From Anolis carolinensis (Eukaryota), in the NCBI RefSeq assembly GCF_035594765.1, contig NW_026943818.1, positions 18,360,229 to 18,424,228 of the forward strand: DNA of 64,000 nucleotides. The letters run 5' to 3'. Shown here piece by piece: positions 25,126 through 36,886 of this stretch. The notes below the pieces were generated by a model. It worked only from the letters and a program-made list of their open reading frames with translations, did no database searches and had not been told where the DNA came from. A program made the translations under genes and the position numbers. Position 1 is the first letter of the stretch, and each line of letters opens with the position of its first letter.

Positions 25126-26948
25126 GATTGGCTTCCAGGCTCTGGGTTTCAGCAATGGGAAGGGCATCCGCTTAGCCAGCCGTGGCCTTTCTGTGGCCTG
25201 TTGTGTGGCTCTGTTTCCTAGGAGCCAGCTGGCCGGCTGTCCATTTGTTGGGATCCGTAATCGGTGGGTCTCCGTCCTTTCTTCTCTGTGTGCTTTTGCA
25301 GCAGCATGTTTGTGCAAGCCAGCAGCGCCCTTCCCAGATCAAACCTTGGGTAGGTCTGCTGCTAATTGGCGTGAGAGCGTTTCAAAACGTGGCACCGCCA
25401 ATGCATTTGATCCTCCCCGGCGTCTGTGCAGCGTTTGCCTTCAGATAATTACTCGCCGTACATTAATATCGAGGCTTTGATGTATTGACAGCTTTCATCT
25501 GGGAAACCAAAGAGGCCGAAAGTGTGCACAGATTTCATAGGCGGCTACGGAGGGAAGTATCTTCCTATAGCTCCCATTTTAAAAAGTGGGAATTCGGGGG
25601 GAAAGGTGGTTGTTTTTGGATGGGAGAGCAATGCCGAAAAGCACAGATGGCCATTAAATGCTGCTAAGTAGCTGCAGGAAAATGTTCAGCATTCACAGTG
25701 GCTTTTGCAATGGGGCCAACCTTCCTTTTGACCCATCAAACCAATTTCCCAGCGGGGTTTTCAACAAATGCTTGGGAGGGTTCCTGTTTTGGGTTGGTTT
25801 TGTCAGATTATATCCCACTAGTTTGGTTCCAAGCCTCACAGATGAGAGGAAAGCGGGATATAAATATAATTTCTGAAAGACATTTTAGCGGCATCAGCAT
25901 TCACTGGATGGCGGAGGAGATTGGAATCCCAAACACTTGAGAAATAAGCGGATAAGGGAAGCCCTTCATTTGGAGCCACTTCCATTTGTATCTGGGTTTC
26001 TCTTGAACCCAACACACCTTGGGTTTTCAAAGGCTGTTTACGGTATACGCCTTTCAAGTCTTTGCAAAATATCTTCAAATCGCAGCTGGAGACCAAAAAT
26101 GCAAAACCTCGAGGGCCTGCGTGAAAGAAACTAAGCAGCATTGGATCCAAGCCATTTGGCAAAGTTCTCTCTCTTTGGGCCTTGTTAGAAAAGCGATGGC
26201 AATAAAACCCGAACCCAGCCACCTGTCGTTGCCAAAATCGGGCCGACGGCAAAGAAAAACTTGGGAGATGAGAGCCCTCCAGACATCTTTCTCAGTTTCT
26301 TAGCCACTGGTGTCTATAAATGCGCTTCTTTCAGAGGTGCCGAGTCAAAAGGCACAGATGAAGGAATGGAAAGGCAAGGAGGAGGAGAACAAGCAGCAAG
26401 CTGTCGATGGTTCCTTTCCCCTTCTGCCTCCAAAATTCCAGGCGGAGAAGCGAAATATGACTCTATCTACTCGAATCTAATGCTCATCTTTGGGGGCTAA
26501 ATGACCTCGCCAAAATGATGGTGTGCATTAGATTTGCTTCATGGGATGCAGGGATTTGTAGTTTGGTGAGGCATCAGCAAGGCCTTGTCAAACTACTGGT
26601 ACATGATTTCATAGCATTTACAGCATAGCATTCATATTCATTTCAGAGTGTAGAAACTACCCAAAGAATGATCCCTACTTTCAAATCCCATTTTTATTTT
26701 CCGGCCACTCCGCAGACGGCAGCGTTTTGCATGCAGCGCCTTCAAAATTATCATCCGAATGAGATTAAATGTGAAAACGCAGTCGAGATGTTTGCCTGGG
26801 AGGGAGGCACACAAAAGCAGGGCGGTTGTGAGAGATAGAAAGGTCTCCCCCCACCCTCCGTTCTTCTCTATTCCTCCTATCCCGTTCTCTCTGAACAAAA
26901 TGTGTAGTCTTCCAGCTGCAGAACTATTATAATTGTATATTTATATTA

Positions 26949-27271
26949 CAGTAGAGTCTCACTTATCCAACACTTGCTTATCCAACGTTCTGGATTATCC
27001 AACGCATTTTTGTAGTCAATGTTTTCAATACATCGTGATATTTTGGTGCTAAATTGGTAAATACAGTAATTACTACGTGGCATTACTGCCTATTGAACTA
27101 CTTTTTCTGCCAAATTTGTTGTATAACATGATGTTTTGGTGCTTAATTTGTAAAATCATAACCTAATTTGGTGTTTAACAGGCTTCTCCTTAATGCCTCC
27201 TTATTATCCAACATATTCACTTATCCAACATTCTGCCGGCCCGTTTATGTTGGATAAGTGAGACTCTACTG
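26949..27271. mobile_element. Same MITE, copy 5 (absent from duplication unit B)
   Basis: TIRs and TA flanks. Confidence 0.88.
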
Positions 27272-28450
27272 TACATGCAATATTACTAATAATATTGCAA
27301 TATAGTAGTATAATATATTGTATGTATATATACTTGTAAACCGCCCTGAATCCCCTTCAGGGTGAGAAGGGTGGGATATAAATGTCGCTAATAAATAATA
27401 AATAAATAATGCAAAAGGGTTGGTGACGGGCTGGATAAATGTCCTTGGTGGGCTATATCTGTCCCGCAGGCCATAGTTTGAGGATCCCTGACCTAAGAGA
27501 ACATCTCCTCCTGCCGTTTCCAGTACAAATGACATTGAACTCAGTTTGCAGCCACTGGAAGAAGACAAGCGCAAAGGCTGAGGAGACTATAGAAAATGGG
27601 ACTCTTTAGAAGTTGATAAGGCAGAGGGTTAACTGGGAACTGTCCCTTGCAAATTGAAGCAAACCAAGCTATGCTGTGGCAGACATAATATGGCAGGCGA
27701 GTTTCAGTGGCTCCTTTCCGCCCTCCATGCTGAAATGGAAAGCAATTGCCTGTCGGAGCTTCCTAATACAGCAGAAAATCAATAAACCAGTGGAGATGTC
27801 TGGAGAGGGTCATCACTTGGGTCTGTTGATATAATCGAGTTGGTTTGAAAACAGTACATTCAAAGGAAGTTAATTACTGGGAATGCCTTCTCCCTGGAGA
27901 CCCCCTTTTTCTTATTAGCTTCTTTGGCCTTCTCCCTCCTTTCTCCGTTTCTTCCATCTACAGCTTATTTTCTCTTTCGGTGCATCAATCTAGTGCAAAC
28001 CAAGATTTTGAGAAGCCAGGGAGAGGAGTATAAAATGGATTTCACAGTATATTAATAGTTGCTGAGCTCTGAGAAATTGCTTATTCCCTTTCCCTGTCCT
28101 CTCTGTATTTTTGGACTGGAGTTTGTTAAAGTTACTAAAACTACACAAAACTTCCACCTTGTGTGGCCAAAAGTTGTTTCTTATACATTTAGTGAAAGTT
28201 GCTTTTATTGGTGCCTATAATTAAAGACACCTGTTGATATATGGTGACCTCATGAAGTGTGTAAAGTATTCTTTGGCCATTGTTTTCTTCAATTATATTA
28301 TTTGTTGTGAGAATCCTTTGGTGACAGTTTGCCCTATTTCTTGGGGTTTTACTTGCCCTTTTGTCAGTCGATCAATGCAGTCAAAAAGAATCGTGGAAAG
28401 ACAGGGAAGAAAAATACATCTTAGATTATTTCATTGAATTAAAGAGCTGT

Positions 28451-28456
28451 TTTATT
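28451..28456 (-). terminator. PolyA signal AATAAA of ATPase copy A
   Basis: AATAAA about 83 nt past the stop; the homologous site in copy B (45261-45266) is the variant AGTAAA. Confidence 0.65.
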
Positions 28457-28538
28457 TCTTATAGGAATAATTTTGACACCATTCCGCCCAAAGGTAACAC
28501 ACCACTAGAACATCTTTAAAATCAGCAAAGTCGTCAGA

Positions 28539-31500
28539 TCAGTAGTAGGTCTCCCTGTCAAACCAACCACCAGGATGTCTGCGGATAATAAGCTTCCGGA
28601 TTTCGTCATAGACGAAAATCAGCAGGCTGAATGGCATGGGGTAAATCCACCACATGAGCTGGAGCGGGTACATGCGCAAGGCAACCTCCATGCCGGGGCA
28701 GTATGACAGGAAGACCGCCAGGGTGGTTTCCTGAATGATGCCGAAGATCAGGATCTTGTTATTCATGCCCTGCTGGAAGACAGAAAGCTTCCGGGTCTTG
28801 CAGGTGATCAGGTCCATCCATTGCACAACCACAATGCTGCAGAAGAAGGCGGTGTGGCAGGTGTATTCGATCACTTTCCGCTGCTCGTAAGTCCACTGCT
28901 GGCCATAGCTGTCCTCCAAGTCATTCTTGGATTGGTCGTCCCAATCCAGGCGGATCCCTAACAAGGTGGTGGGGAAGAACCCGTATTCAGCCATGATCAT
29001 GAAGTAAGTGAAGAAGCCGGCAATGGCTTGCATCATGCCGACCTGCCCGTACGACTTGCTGATGAGGCGTTCATTCACTAGCTTGTCTGTCTTGGAGTTG
29101 CGTGGTTGCCTCTTCATGATGTCACTCTCCGCCTTCTCGTAGGCCAGGGAGATGGCGGGCACCATGTCAGACCCCAGGTCAATGCACAGGATGGCAATGG
29201 TTCCCAGAGGCAATGGGATGCTCAAGATGATAAACATCAGGAAAGGGGAGATCTCTGGGATGTTGCTGGTCAAGGTGTAGGCGATGGACTTCTTGAGGTT
29301 GTCAAAGATCAGCCGGCCTTCCTCCACGCCTGTCACGATGGAGGCAAAGTTGTCATCGAGCAGGATCATGTCTGCAGCTTGTTTGGAGACATCGGAGCCA
29401 GCGATGCCCATGGCGATGCCGATGTCGGCCTTCTTGAGCGCGGGAGAGTCGTTCACTCCATCACCCGTCACGGCCACAATGGCTCCCTGCCGCTGGCACC
29501 CTTCCACAATAATGAGTTTCTGTTGCGGGGAAGTGCGGGCAAAGACAATCTCGCTGTGGTTCCTCAGGACGTCATCCAATTCTTCAGAGGTCATATCTTT
29601 GAGGTCGCTTCCATGAATCACACAGGCCTTGGCTTCTCTTGGGTTCACCTCAGAGACGGGGATGTTGAGTCGTTCAGCAATGTCCTCTACCGTCTCAGTC
29701 CCCTCAGAGATGATGCCCACTCCCTTGGCAATGGCTTTGGCGGTGATCGGATGATCCCCAGTCACCATGATCACCTTGATCCCGGCACTTCGGCATTTCC
29801 CGACGGCGTCTGGCACAGCTGCCCGAGGCGGGTCGATCATGGAGATGAGCCCAACAAAGCAGAGTTTGTTGATGGGGAAGTTGACTTTCTCCACGTCAAA
29901 TTTGAAGGCTCGGGGAAATTGCTTCTCAGGGAGGTAGCTCTGGCAGAAACCCAGCACCCTCTCGCCCAGCCCTCCCAGCTCATGATAAGCATTCTGAAAG
30001 GCCTGATGCATTGTTTTGTCCAAGTTGACTTCCTTCCCATTAATCATGATGGTGGAACATACATCAAGGATCCTCTCGGGAGCCCCTTTCATCACCAGGA
30101 TGTGGCCTTTGGGTTTATCCTCGGCTTCATGGATGGACAGCTGGTATTTGTTGGTGGAGTTGAAAGGAATCTCCACTACTTTAGGGTTCTGCTCCCGCAT
30201 GGTCGCCACAGACCCGTAGGAGAGCTCTACGCTTTTCAGGAGTGCTGACTCAGATGCGTCCCCAGTAGTTTCCCTCTTGGCAACAGGGACGTCCTCCTGC
30301 CCAGGCTTGAAGTCAGCCCGGTTGCAGAGCCCGGCGATACGGGTGAGGGCCAACCAAGTGGGTGAGCGTTTCATCATCACTGCCCCTGCTTGTTGCTCAG
30401 TGGTGTCAGCAGCAAAGATCTCATTGTCATACCACATATGAGCAACAGTCATACGGTTCTGGGTCAAGGTTCCGGTCTTGTCTGAGCAGATGGTGGAGGT
30501 GGAGCCCAGCGTCTCCACTGCCTCCAGGTTCTTCACCAGGCAATTCTTTAAGGCCATGCGCTTGGCTGTGAGGGCCAGGCAGACAGTGACAGTGGGCAAG
30601 AGCCCTTCGGGGACGTTTGCCACGATTATGCCGATCAAGAAGACAACTGCTTCCAGCCAGCGGTAACCGAGTATAATGGCCAGGATGAAGAAGGTAACTC
30701 CCAGGAAAACAGCCACAGAGGTGATGATATGGATGAAGTGTTCAATCTCTCGGGCAATGGGGGTGGATCCTTCCTCCAGGCCGGACGCTAAGGAAGCAAT
30801 GCGTCCCATCACGGTATCATCTCCCGTTAAGATCACGACGCCTCGAGCAGTTCCTTCCACACAGTTGGTTGAGAAGAAACAAATATTGCGCGTTTCCAGT
30901 GGGTTGTCATGGGTGTAATCTGCACTTCGGCTCTGCGGCTCTGATTCACCCGTGAGGGAGGAATTGTCCACCTTGCAGCCGCTGGCCGAGACAATCCGCA
31001 AATCGGCGGGGATCCGGTCTCCTCCTTTGATCTCCACCAAGTCCCCCACCACCACTTCCTCCGCATTGATCTGCGTCCTCTTGCCGTCCCGGATGACCAG
31101 GGCTTTCTGTGGTACCATGTGCTTGAAAGACTCCATGATCTGGGAGCTTTTGGCCTCCTGGTAATAGGAGAAGAAGCCTGTGATCACCACCACCGATGTC
31201 AATACAATACCCAGGTAGAGGTGGTCCATTTGCGCGTGGCTCTCCATGAGTTCCTGGATGCCATAGGCAATGAAGCAGAGGACGGCCCCGATCCACAGCA
31301 GGATGCTGAAGCCCCCAAAGAGCTGGCGACAGAATTTGACCCACTCTGGCGTGGTCGGGGGCGGCGTCAGGGCGTTGGGGCCATCCCGGGCCAAAATTTC
31401 TGCCGCTTGGGTTGTAGTAAGGCCTGTGCTCAGGTCAGTCTTATACTTCTGGGTGAGTTCTTCCAAGGAGAGCTTGTGGTCATCGATGTCCACTTCCTTC

Positions 31501-31568
31501 TTCAGATCATCCAGGTCTTCCCCCTTTTTCTTCTTGCCTTTCTTCGGAGGGGGTTTCTTCTTCCCCAT
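28539..31568 (-). CDS. Intronless Na+/K+-ATPase alpha subunit, alpha2/alpha4-like retrogene, copy A (1009 aa), nested antisense in TMEM211-like intron 2
   Basis: Single uninterrupted ORF with [35 protein letters not shown] and C-terminal ETYY; vertebrate ATP1A genes normally have over 20 exons. Confidence 0.97.
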   Translation of the reverse strand: MGKKKPPPKKGKKKKGEDLDDLKKEVDIDDHKLSLEELTQKYKTDLSTGLTTTQAAEILARDGPNALTPPPTTPEWVKFCRQLFGGFSILLWIGAVLCFIAYGIQELMESHAQMDHLYLGIVLTSVVVITGFFSYYQEAKSSQIMESFKHMVPQKALVIRDGKRTQINAEEVVVGDLVEIKGGDRIPADLRIVSASGCKVDNSSLTGESEPQSRSADYTHDNPLETRNICFFSTNCVEGTARGVVILTGDDTVMGRIASLASGLEEGSTPIAREIEHFIHIITSVAVFLGVTFFILAIILGYRWLEAVVFLIGIIVANVPEGLLPTVTVCLALTAKRMALKNCLVKNLEAVETLGSTSTICSDKTGTLTQNRMTVAHMWYDNEIFAADTTEQQAGAVMMKRSPTWLALTRIAGLCNRADFKPGQEDVPVAKRETTGDASESALLKSVELSYGSVATMREQNPKVVEIPFNSTNKYQLSIHEAEDKPKGHILVMKGAPERILDVCSTIMINGKEVNLDKTMHQAFQNAYHELGGLGERVLGFCQSYLPEKQFPRAFKFDVEKVNFPINKLCFVGLISMIDPPRAAVPDAVGKCRSAGIKVIMVTGDHPITAKAIAKGVGIISEGTETVEDIAERLNIPVSEVNPREAKACVIHGSDLKDMTSEELDDVLRNHSEIVFARTSPQQKLIIVEGCQRQGAIVAVTGDGVNDSPALKKADIGIAMGIAGSDVSKQAADMILLDDNFASIVTGVEEGRLIFDNLKKSIAYTLTSNIPEISPFLMFIILSIPLPLGTIAILCIDLGSDMVPAISLAYEKAESDIMKRQPRNSKTDKLVNERLISKSYGQVGMMQAIAGFFTYFMIMAEYGFFPTTLLGIRLDWDDQSKNDLEDSYGQQWTYEQRKVIEYTCHTAFFCSIVVVQWMDLITCKTRKLSVFQQGMNNKILIFGIIQETTLAVFLSYCPGMEVALRMYPLQLMWWIYPMPFSLLIFVYDEIRKLIIRRHPGGWFDRETYY

Positions 31569-31739
31569 AATGGCAGTGGTCCCTTTCCTCGGGACCTCTT
31601 AATGATATCTAGGGGTACAGAAGGGTGGGCGGGGCAGTCTAATGGAAGAGGAATCAGGAGGAGCAATGAAGGGGAGCAGGATGCCCCCCCAAAGGGACCT
31701 CCCACCCCCCAAAGTTGGACAAGAGTTGGGACAACAGGC

Positions 31740-32000
31740 CACGTTGCCTGTTAAGAGACCCTCCTCACTGACCACCTTGAGAAGACTGAAGACCAAGGCC
31801 CTAGCAACCAACCAAATGTTTGTCTTCTAGTATCTGAGACTCCTCCCCTTAGTAACTGAGGCCACGCCCCCAGCAACTGAAATCACAGCTCCCAGGAAAC
31901 CTAATGGGTCTTGTCTCTTAGCAACCAAGACTCAGCCCACCTCTGATGGCAACAAATGGAGGTATTGCCCTAGAACCTGAGGCCCCGCCACTTCCGTGCA
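31740..32000 (-). promoter_or_regulatory. Putative promoter of ATPase copy A: RFX X-box-like, GC-box and ETS-like motifs
   Basis: CCTAGCAAC (31800), GTCTCTTAGCAAC (31913), ATGGCAAC, GCCACGCCC, GCCCCGCC, ACTTCCG within about 430 bp of the ATG. Confidence 0.55.
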
Positions 32001-32509
32001 AATATATGATTTTTCCTTGATAATAGGGAGATTACAGTCAGTTATTAGAATAATACTATTTTTTGTACAATTTCTAGGTCCTCCAGGGCAACTCTGGGAT
32101 CAACTTCCTCCAAAAGTGCTGGAGGACCAGGTTTTTCTTATACTCAAGGCAGTTTTTGTCAGTTTTTTTATATAGCCTGGGTACCCAGTGTTGTTTGAAA
32201 AAAATGGATGTTATGAATGGACCCATGAGAAATTGATGCAGCTCCATGGCTGATAGGGTTAGCAGTAGTTTGGATGTGGGTGAAGGTACTGCAAATCCCA
32301 TCATCCGTGGTCCATTATCCCCCAAATTGCACCAGGACGTAAGGTGGATCATGGGGGGGGGGCTGTGTGCCATTTGGTTCAGATCTCTTGTTTGTGGGGG
32401 TTGCAGTGATCTGTGAAAGTGGGAACCAAACCTGCCACTCACATACTCCACCGCTCATATACATACCCACAAACATACATACAAACAAACATTGGCTTTT
32501 ATTACTATA

Positions 32510-32762
32510 TTTCAAATCCAGGGAGCAGGGTGAGCTCCCACAGCCTCAGCTTCTGCCAACCCAGCAGTTCGAAAACATGCAAATGTCATTAGATCAATAG
32601 TTACTACTCTGACAAGAAGGTAGCGGCGATCCATGCCGTCATGCCAGCCACATGACCTTGGAGGTGTCTATGGACAACGCCAGCTTAGAAATGGAGATGA
32701 GCACCAATCCACAGAGTCAGACATGACTAGACTTAATGTCAGGGGAAAACCTTTATCTTTAC
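32510..32762 (+). mobile_element. Sauria SINE
   Basis: CAGCAGTTCGAAAACATGCAAATGT..CACATGACCTTGGAGG..GGGGAAAACCTTTA tail. Confidence 0.85.
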
Positions 32763-34137
32763 GTATATAAAATATAGAAATATTACCTACAATGCATAGT
32801 ATTCACTGACAGTCTCCCATGCAAGTACTAATTTAGTTTCCAACATCAAATGGGATCTGGTGCCTTTAGGCCCTACAAGGGATTATAGAAGTTTTCATTT
32901 CATTCAACTCGACAAAAAATTCAAGCTGCTAAAGTGTAATAGAAAAGTATGCAATTAAAATACCCATGGAAGAAAAACTATCATATCTCTCAGTCTGTAA
33001 CCTTTTTTGTTTTCTCCGCCGTCTGTCTGGGGATTCAAGGGACATTAAGGCCAGTTGAATGAGTGTAGCATCAGGGTCAAGAGGAAAGATGGATGCCTCA
33101 TCTCGCAAATCTGAGCGGCTATTATCTGGTCTCTATGGATTTCCCTGTAGAGTGTGAAAAAATGCACCCCAGAACTATAGCAATTGCGATGTTTTGGATT
33201 AAAATCGGGCTGAGTTTGGCTTTCATGAGCAGGACACGTCTCCTGCTTCGCTCGGGTTTGTCCTTCTCTTATTGTGGAATTGATTCAGCAATTTTCTAAT
33301 GCCCAGAGGAAAGGACATCTCCCAATCCACCTTCATAGTTCATTCAAGCAAAATGGCAAAAATCCACTCTCTCCTAAAATTCATTCCTTCCAAGCAATTT
33401 GGGATCTATCCATGGTGCTGAAGTTAACTTTTTTAAAAAATTGCCCAACGGAATTGCTCATCTCTCATCTGTCTATCTCTTTGTCTGCCTGTCCATATCA
33501 GCTCCCTCTCTCTTCATCTCTCTCTCTGTCTGTCTGTTTCTTCATCTATCTATTTATCTACCTGTCTGCCTATTCTATCCATCTATCTCTTCATCTCTAT
33601 CATTCGGTATTCCTTCTTACCTTGCTGTCTGTCTATTAATCCCTTTTTCTTCATTTTTCTCATTCAATCCATCTATCTCCCTGCCTACCTGTCTATCTAT
33701 TTATATATCGCTCTTAACCTCTCTCTCCATCCATCGCTGTGGCTACGAAAAAGAATGGTTAAAGGCAATGGAGATTCCTAGATATTCTCCATCCAAGGCC
33801 TAGACTCCATCCCTCCTCTCTCTTCCTTTTCTTTTGGAAGGGGAAGTCCATTTCTCCTTGCATTTGTGCTTCATGGGCAGTGCTGACTTGGTAGCATTGC
33901 CTTGATGAAGCGGTAAGTCAAATCCTGGCGTCTGGTGCCACCTAGAAGCTCTTGCTCGAAATGCAGCAGTAGCTCTGCTTTGTAGCAGTGGCCCATGCCT
34001 CATCAATACCTTGCTTTGGCCACTGCAGAGCATCCAACCTGGGACATAAAGGATGCCTAGCGAGGATCTATTTTGTCAGATGGATGAAACCGTAGGTACT
34101 AGTCCCGTGGATATAGAGTTTGTCCTGCAATTACATA

Positions 34138-35034
34138 TCATCAAGTTTGCAGACGACACCAAACTGGGAGGGATAGCTAACACTCCAGAAGACAGGAGCA
34201 GAATTCAAAACGATCTTGACAGACTAGAGAGATGGGCCAAAACTAACAAAATGAAGTTCAACAGGGACAAATGCAAGATACTTCACTTCGGCAGAAAAAA
34301 TGGAAATCAAAGATACAGAATGGGGGACGCCTGGCTTGACAGCAGTGTGTGCGAAAAAGACCTTGGAGTCCTCGTGGACAACAAGTTAAACATGAGCCAA
34401 CAATGTGATGCGGCTGCTAAAAAAGCCAATGGGATTCTGGCCTGCATCAATAGGGGAATAGCGTCTAGATCCAGGGAAGTTATGCTCCCCCTCTATTCTG
34501 CCTTGGTCAGACCACACCTGGAATACTGTGTCCAATTTTGGGCACCACAGTTGAAGGGAGATGTTGACAAGCTGGAAAGCGTCCAGAGGAGGGCAACTAA
34601 AATGATTAAGGGTCTGGAGAACAAGCCCTATGAGGAGCGGCTTAAAGAGCTGGGCATGTTTAGCCTGCAGAAGAGAAGGCTGAGAGGAGACATGATAGCC
34701 ATGTACAAATATGTGAAGGGAAGTCATAGGGAGGAGGGAGCAAGCTTGTTTTCTGCTGCCCTGCAGACTAGGACACGGAACAATGGCTTCAAACTACAGG
34801 AAAGGAGATTCCACCTGAACATCAGGAAGAACTTCCTCACTGTGAGAGCTGTTCGACAGTGGAACTCTCTCCCCGGGGCCGTGGTGGAGGCTCCTTCCTT
34901 GGAGGCTTTTAAGCAGAGGCTGGATGGCCATCTGTCGGGGGTGCTTTGAATGCGATTTCCTGCTTCTTAGCAGGGGGTTGGACTAGATGGCCCATGTGGT
35001 CTTTTCCAACTCTACTATTCTATGATTCTATGAT
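34138..35034 (+). mobile_element. 5'-truncated young CR1 LINE (ORF2 C-terminus plus 3' tail)
   Basis: Open frame IKFADDTKLGG...RLDGHLSGVL*, tail ending (ATTCTATG)n; absent at the paralogous site near 49340. Confidence 0.95.
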
Positions 35035-36336
35035 CTCTCAACCAACATCTTAATCCAAGACTAAACGGTTCTGTCCGGTTTCAGCAGAAAATGGTAAGTT
35101 GTTTTATAGCCAGGTCGTAAATCATCTCAGTGAAAAGGATGTGTCAAATGGAAACAGTTGGATGCTGTACGGTTTGGGAAACAGAAGTCAGTGCAGGAAT
35201 TGTCGCCCTCGGCGCCAGGAAGATTAGAAAGCAGCAGAGAATATAAGGTGACCTTCTCTGGGAAATTGATGCCGGTGGCCTGAGCCATAAACCATCTTCC
35301 TGCTGATGCAGATTTTTCTTATCCTGGGTGGCAAAGTACTCCAGGGAAAGTCTCTTAAGGTGATTTAAAGGAAATGAACACAGGGAAACGGACGTTGGGG
35401 GGATCGAAGGCACCTCAAGAAAGGTGAACCTTATATGTCCATATTCCAGCTCTCGGATTTAGGTTTTGCCCCATGCAAAGGAATGGGATCCGTTTCTCTT
35501 GGGACAGGGCACTCCTTCTTCTTTGCTATGTTGACATTGACAGCTGTTCTTAGCGGTGTCTCTGAAAACACCACACTTGGATGGTTTATTGGATACTCTG
35601 CGTCACGGCATTGTTCCTACAGTTGTACTGGATGAGTTCATTTTTCCCCCTCATCTGATATTAATGTCGACAGCAACATGTTCACTCACCATATGTATAA
35701 GTCTATGGTTCATAATGATGGGCTGAGCTCTTGCCTTTCACCACTCTGCTCAGAGAAGGGGATGATCCCTTGTTTGAGGAAAGATTCTTGTACAATGCTC
35801 ATGTTGATAAGCCAACCTGAGTTTGTTGGAGTTGATTGTGGGACTAAAATCTCTAGACAGGAGCATTTGATGTTTGGGTGGACGTCCCTCCTGGGTCCTT
35901 AAAAAGGGACGTCTTAAGGCAAAGAAGTAATTGTCAAGAAAAGAGTTTCACTCCAGTACATCTCATCCTGTGAAAAGACCAGACGCTCACACACTTTGAG
36001 ATATGCTTTTAGTGGCTTTTTAGGGTCACATTTTGTTCCCAAATGCCTCCTCTTAGGGGACATTTGCCACATTTCTTCCAAACAGGACGTGAAGGTTGAT
36101 TGTTGATGTAGAATGAAAGGGAAAAAATGGAAAGGAAAGTGGAGGAAATGGTATCTCCCTGCTGCAGAAATAGTTTCCATTTATCCTCCATGTGTGTCAA
36201 ACCACAACTGTGCCCCAACTGGCCACTTATTTATTACCATTATACATGAAGCCCTTCACACAACACAAAGAGTCCTTTCTGGCTGTCGTCTGTGGTGTTT
36301 TGTCATTGAACTGTATTAGAAATGTTGAGAAATGTT

Positions 36337-36568
36337 GGGCCGGGCTGTGGCGCAGGCTGAAGAGCAAGCCAGCTGCAACCAGCTGCAATGAATCACTCTG
36401 ACCAGGAGGTCATGAATTTGAGGCCCGCTCGGAGCCTATGTTTGTCTTGTCTTTGTTCTATGTTAAAAGGCATTGAATGTTTGCCTATATGTGTAATGTG
36501 ATCCGCCCTGAGTCCCCTTCGGGGTGAGAAGGGCCGAATATAAATGCTGTAAATAAATAAATAAAAAT
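36337..36568 (+). mobile_element. Anolis SINE2-type element (tRNA head, L2-like tail)
   Basis: GGGCCGGGCTGTGGCGCAG head; CCGCCCTGAGTCCCCTTCGGGGTGAGAAGGG..(AAAT)n tail. Confidence 0.75.
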
Positions 36569-36886
36569 AAATGGGAGGGAACGGGAATAAATCATCTTCT
36601 GAGATCTGGGAACGGGAGAAAGTTCTTAAAAACACATGGCCTGGGATCTGTCAGAGTGGATGGGGATTACACTCACTCATGTGATGGTTCAGAATGGGAA
36701 AGGCTGGAAAATATAACGTGTCTGATGAGATCCATAAAATGAAAGGATGTCTTTTTAAACGGAAGGGGATGATACACTTTGTTACAGAGAGGATCCTCGG
36801 TGCTTCCTGCGACGTGTCTGATGAAGTACTTTGAGACTAACGCTTATCTCTTCTTGTCTCCCTTTCCCCCGTCTTTTCTCCTCCAG

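Larger units (their letters stand above)
26672..35454. repeat. Segmental duplication unit A (contains ATPase copy A)
   Basis: Colinear blocks shared with 43261-49773: 26672-26925, 27408-27616, 28350-31902, 33463-34139, 35034-35454. Confidence 0.92.

Noticed and set aside
29106-30248. Long antisense ORFs over the ATPase genes (380 aa here; 289 aa at 46199-47068)
   Set aside because: Shadow frames from GC-rich third positions; not preserved end to end between the paralogues.
34053-34949. 298-aa ORF as a host gene
   Set aside because: CR1 ORF2 C-terminus fused by chance to an upstream ATG; the paralogous site lacks the insert.
36716-36830. Two ACGTGTCTGATGA motifs suggesting hammerhead or snoRNA boxes
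   Set aside because: No paired stem II before GAAA and no clear C/D terminal stem.
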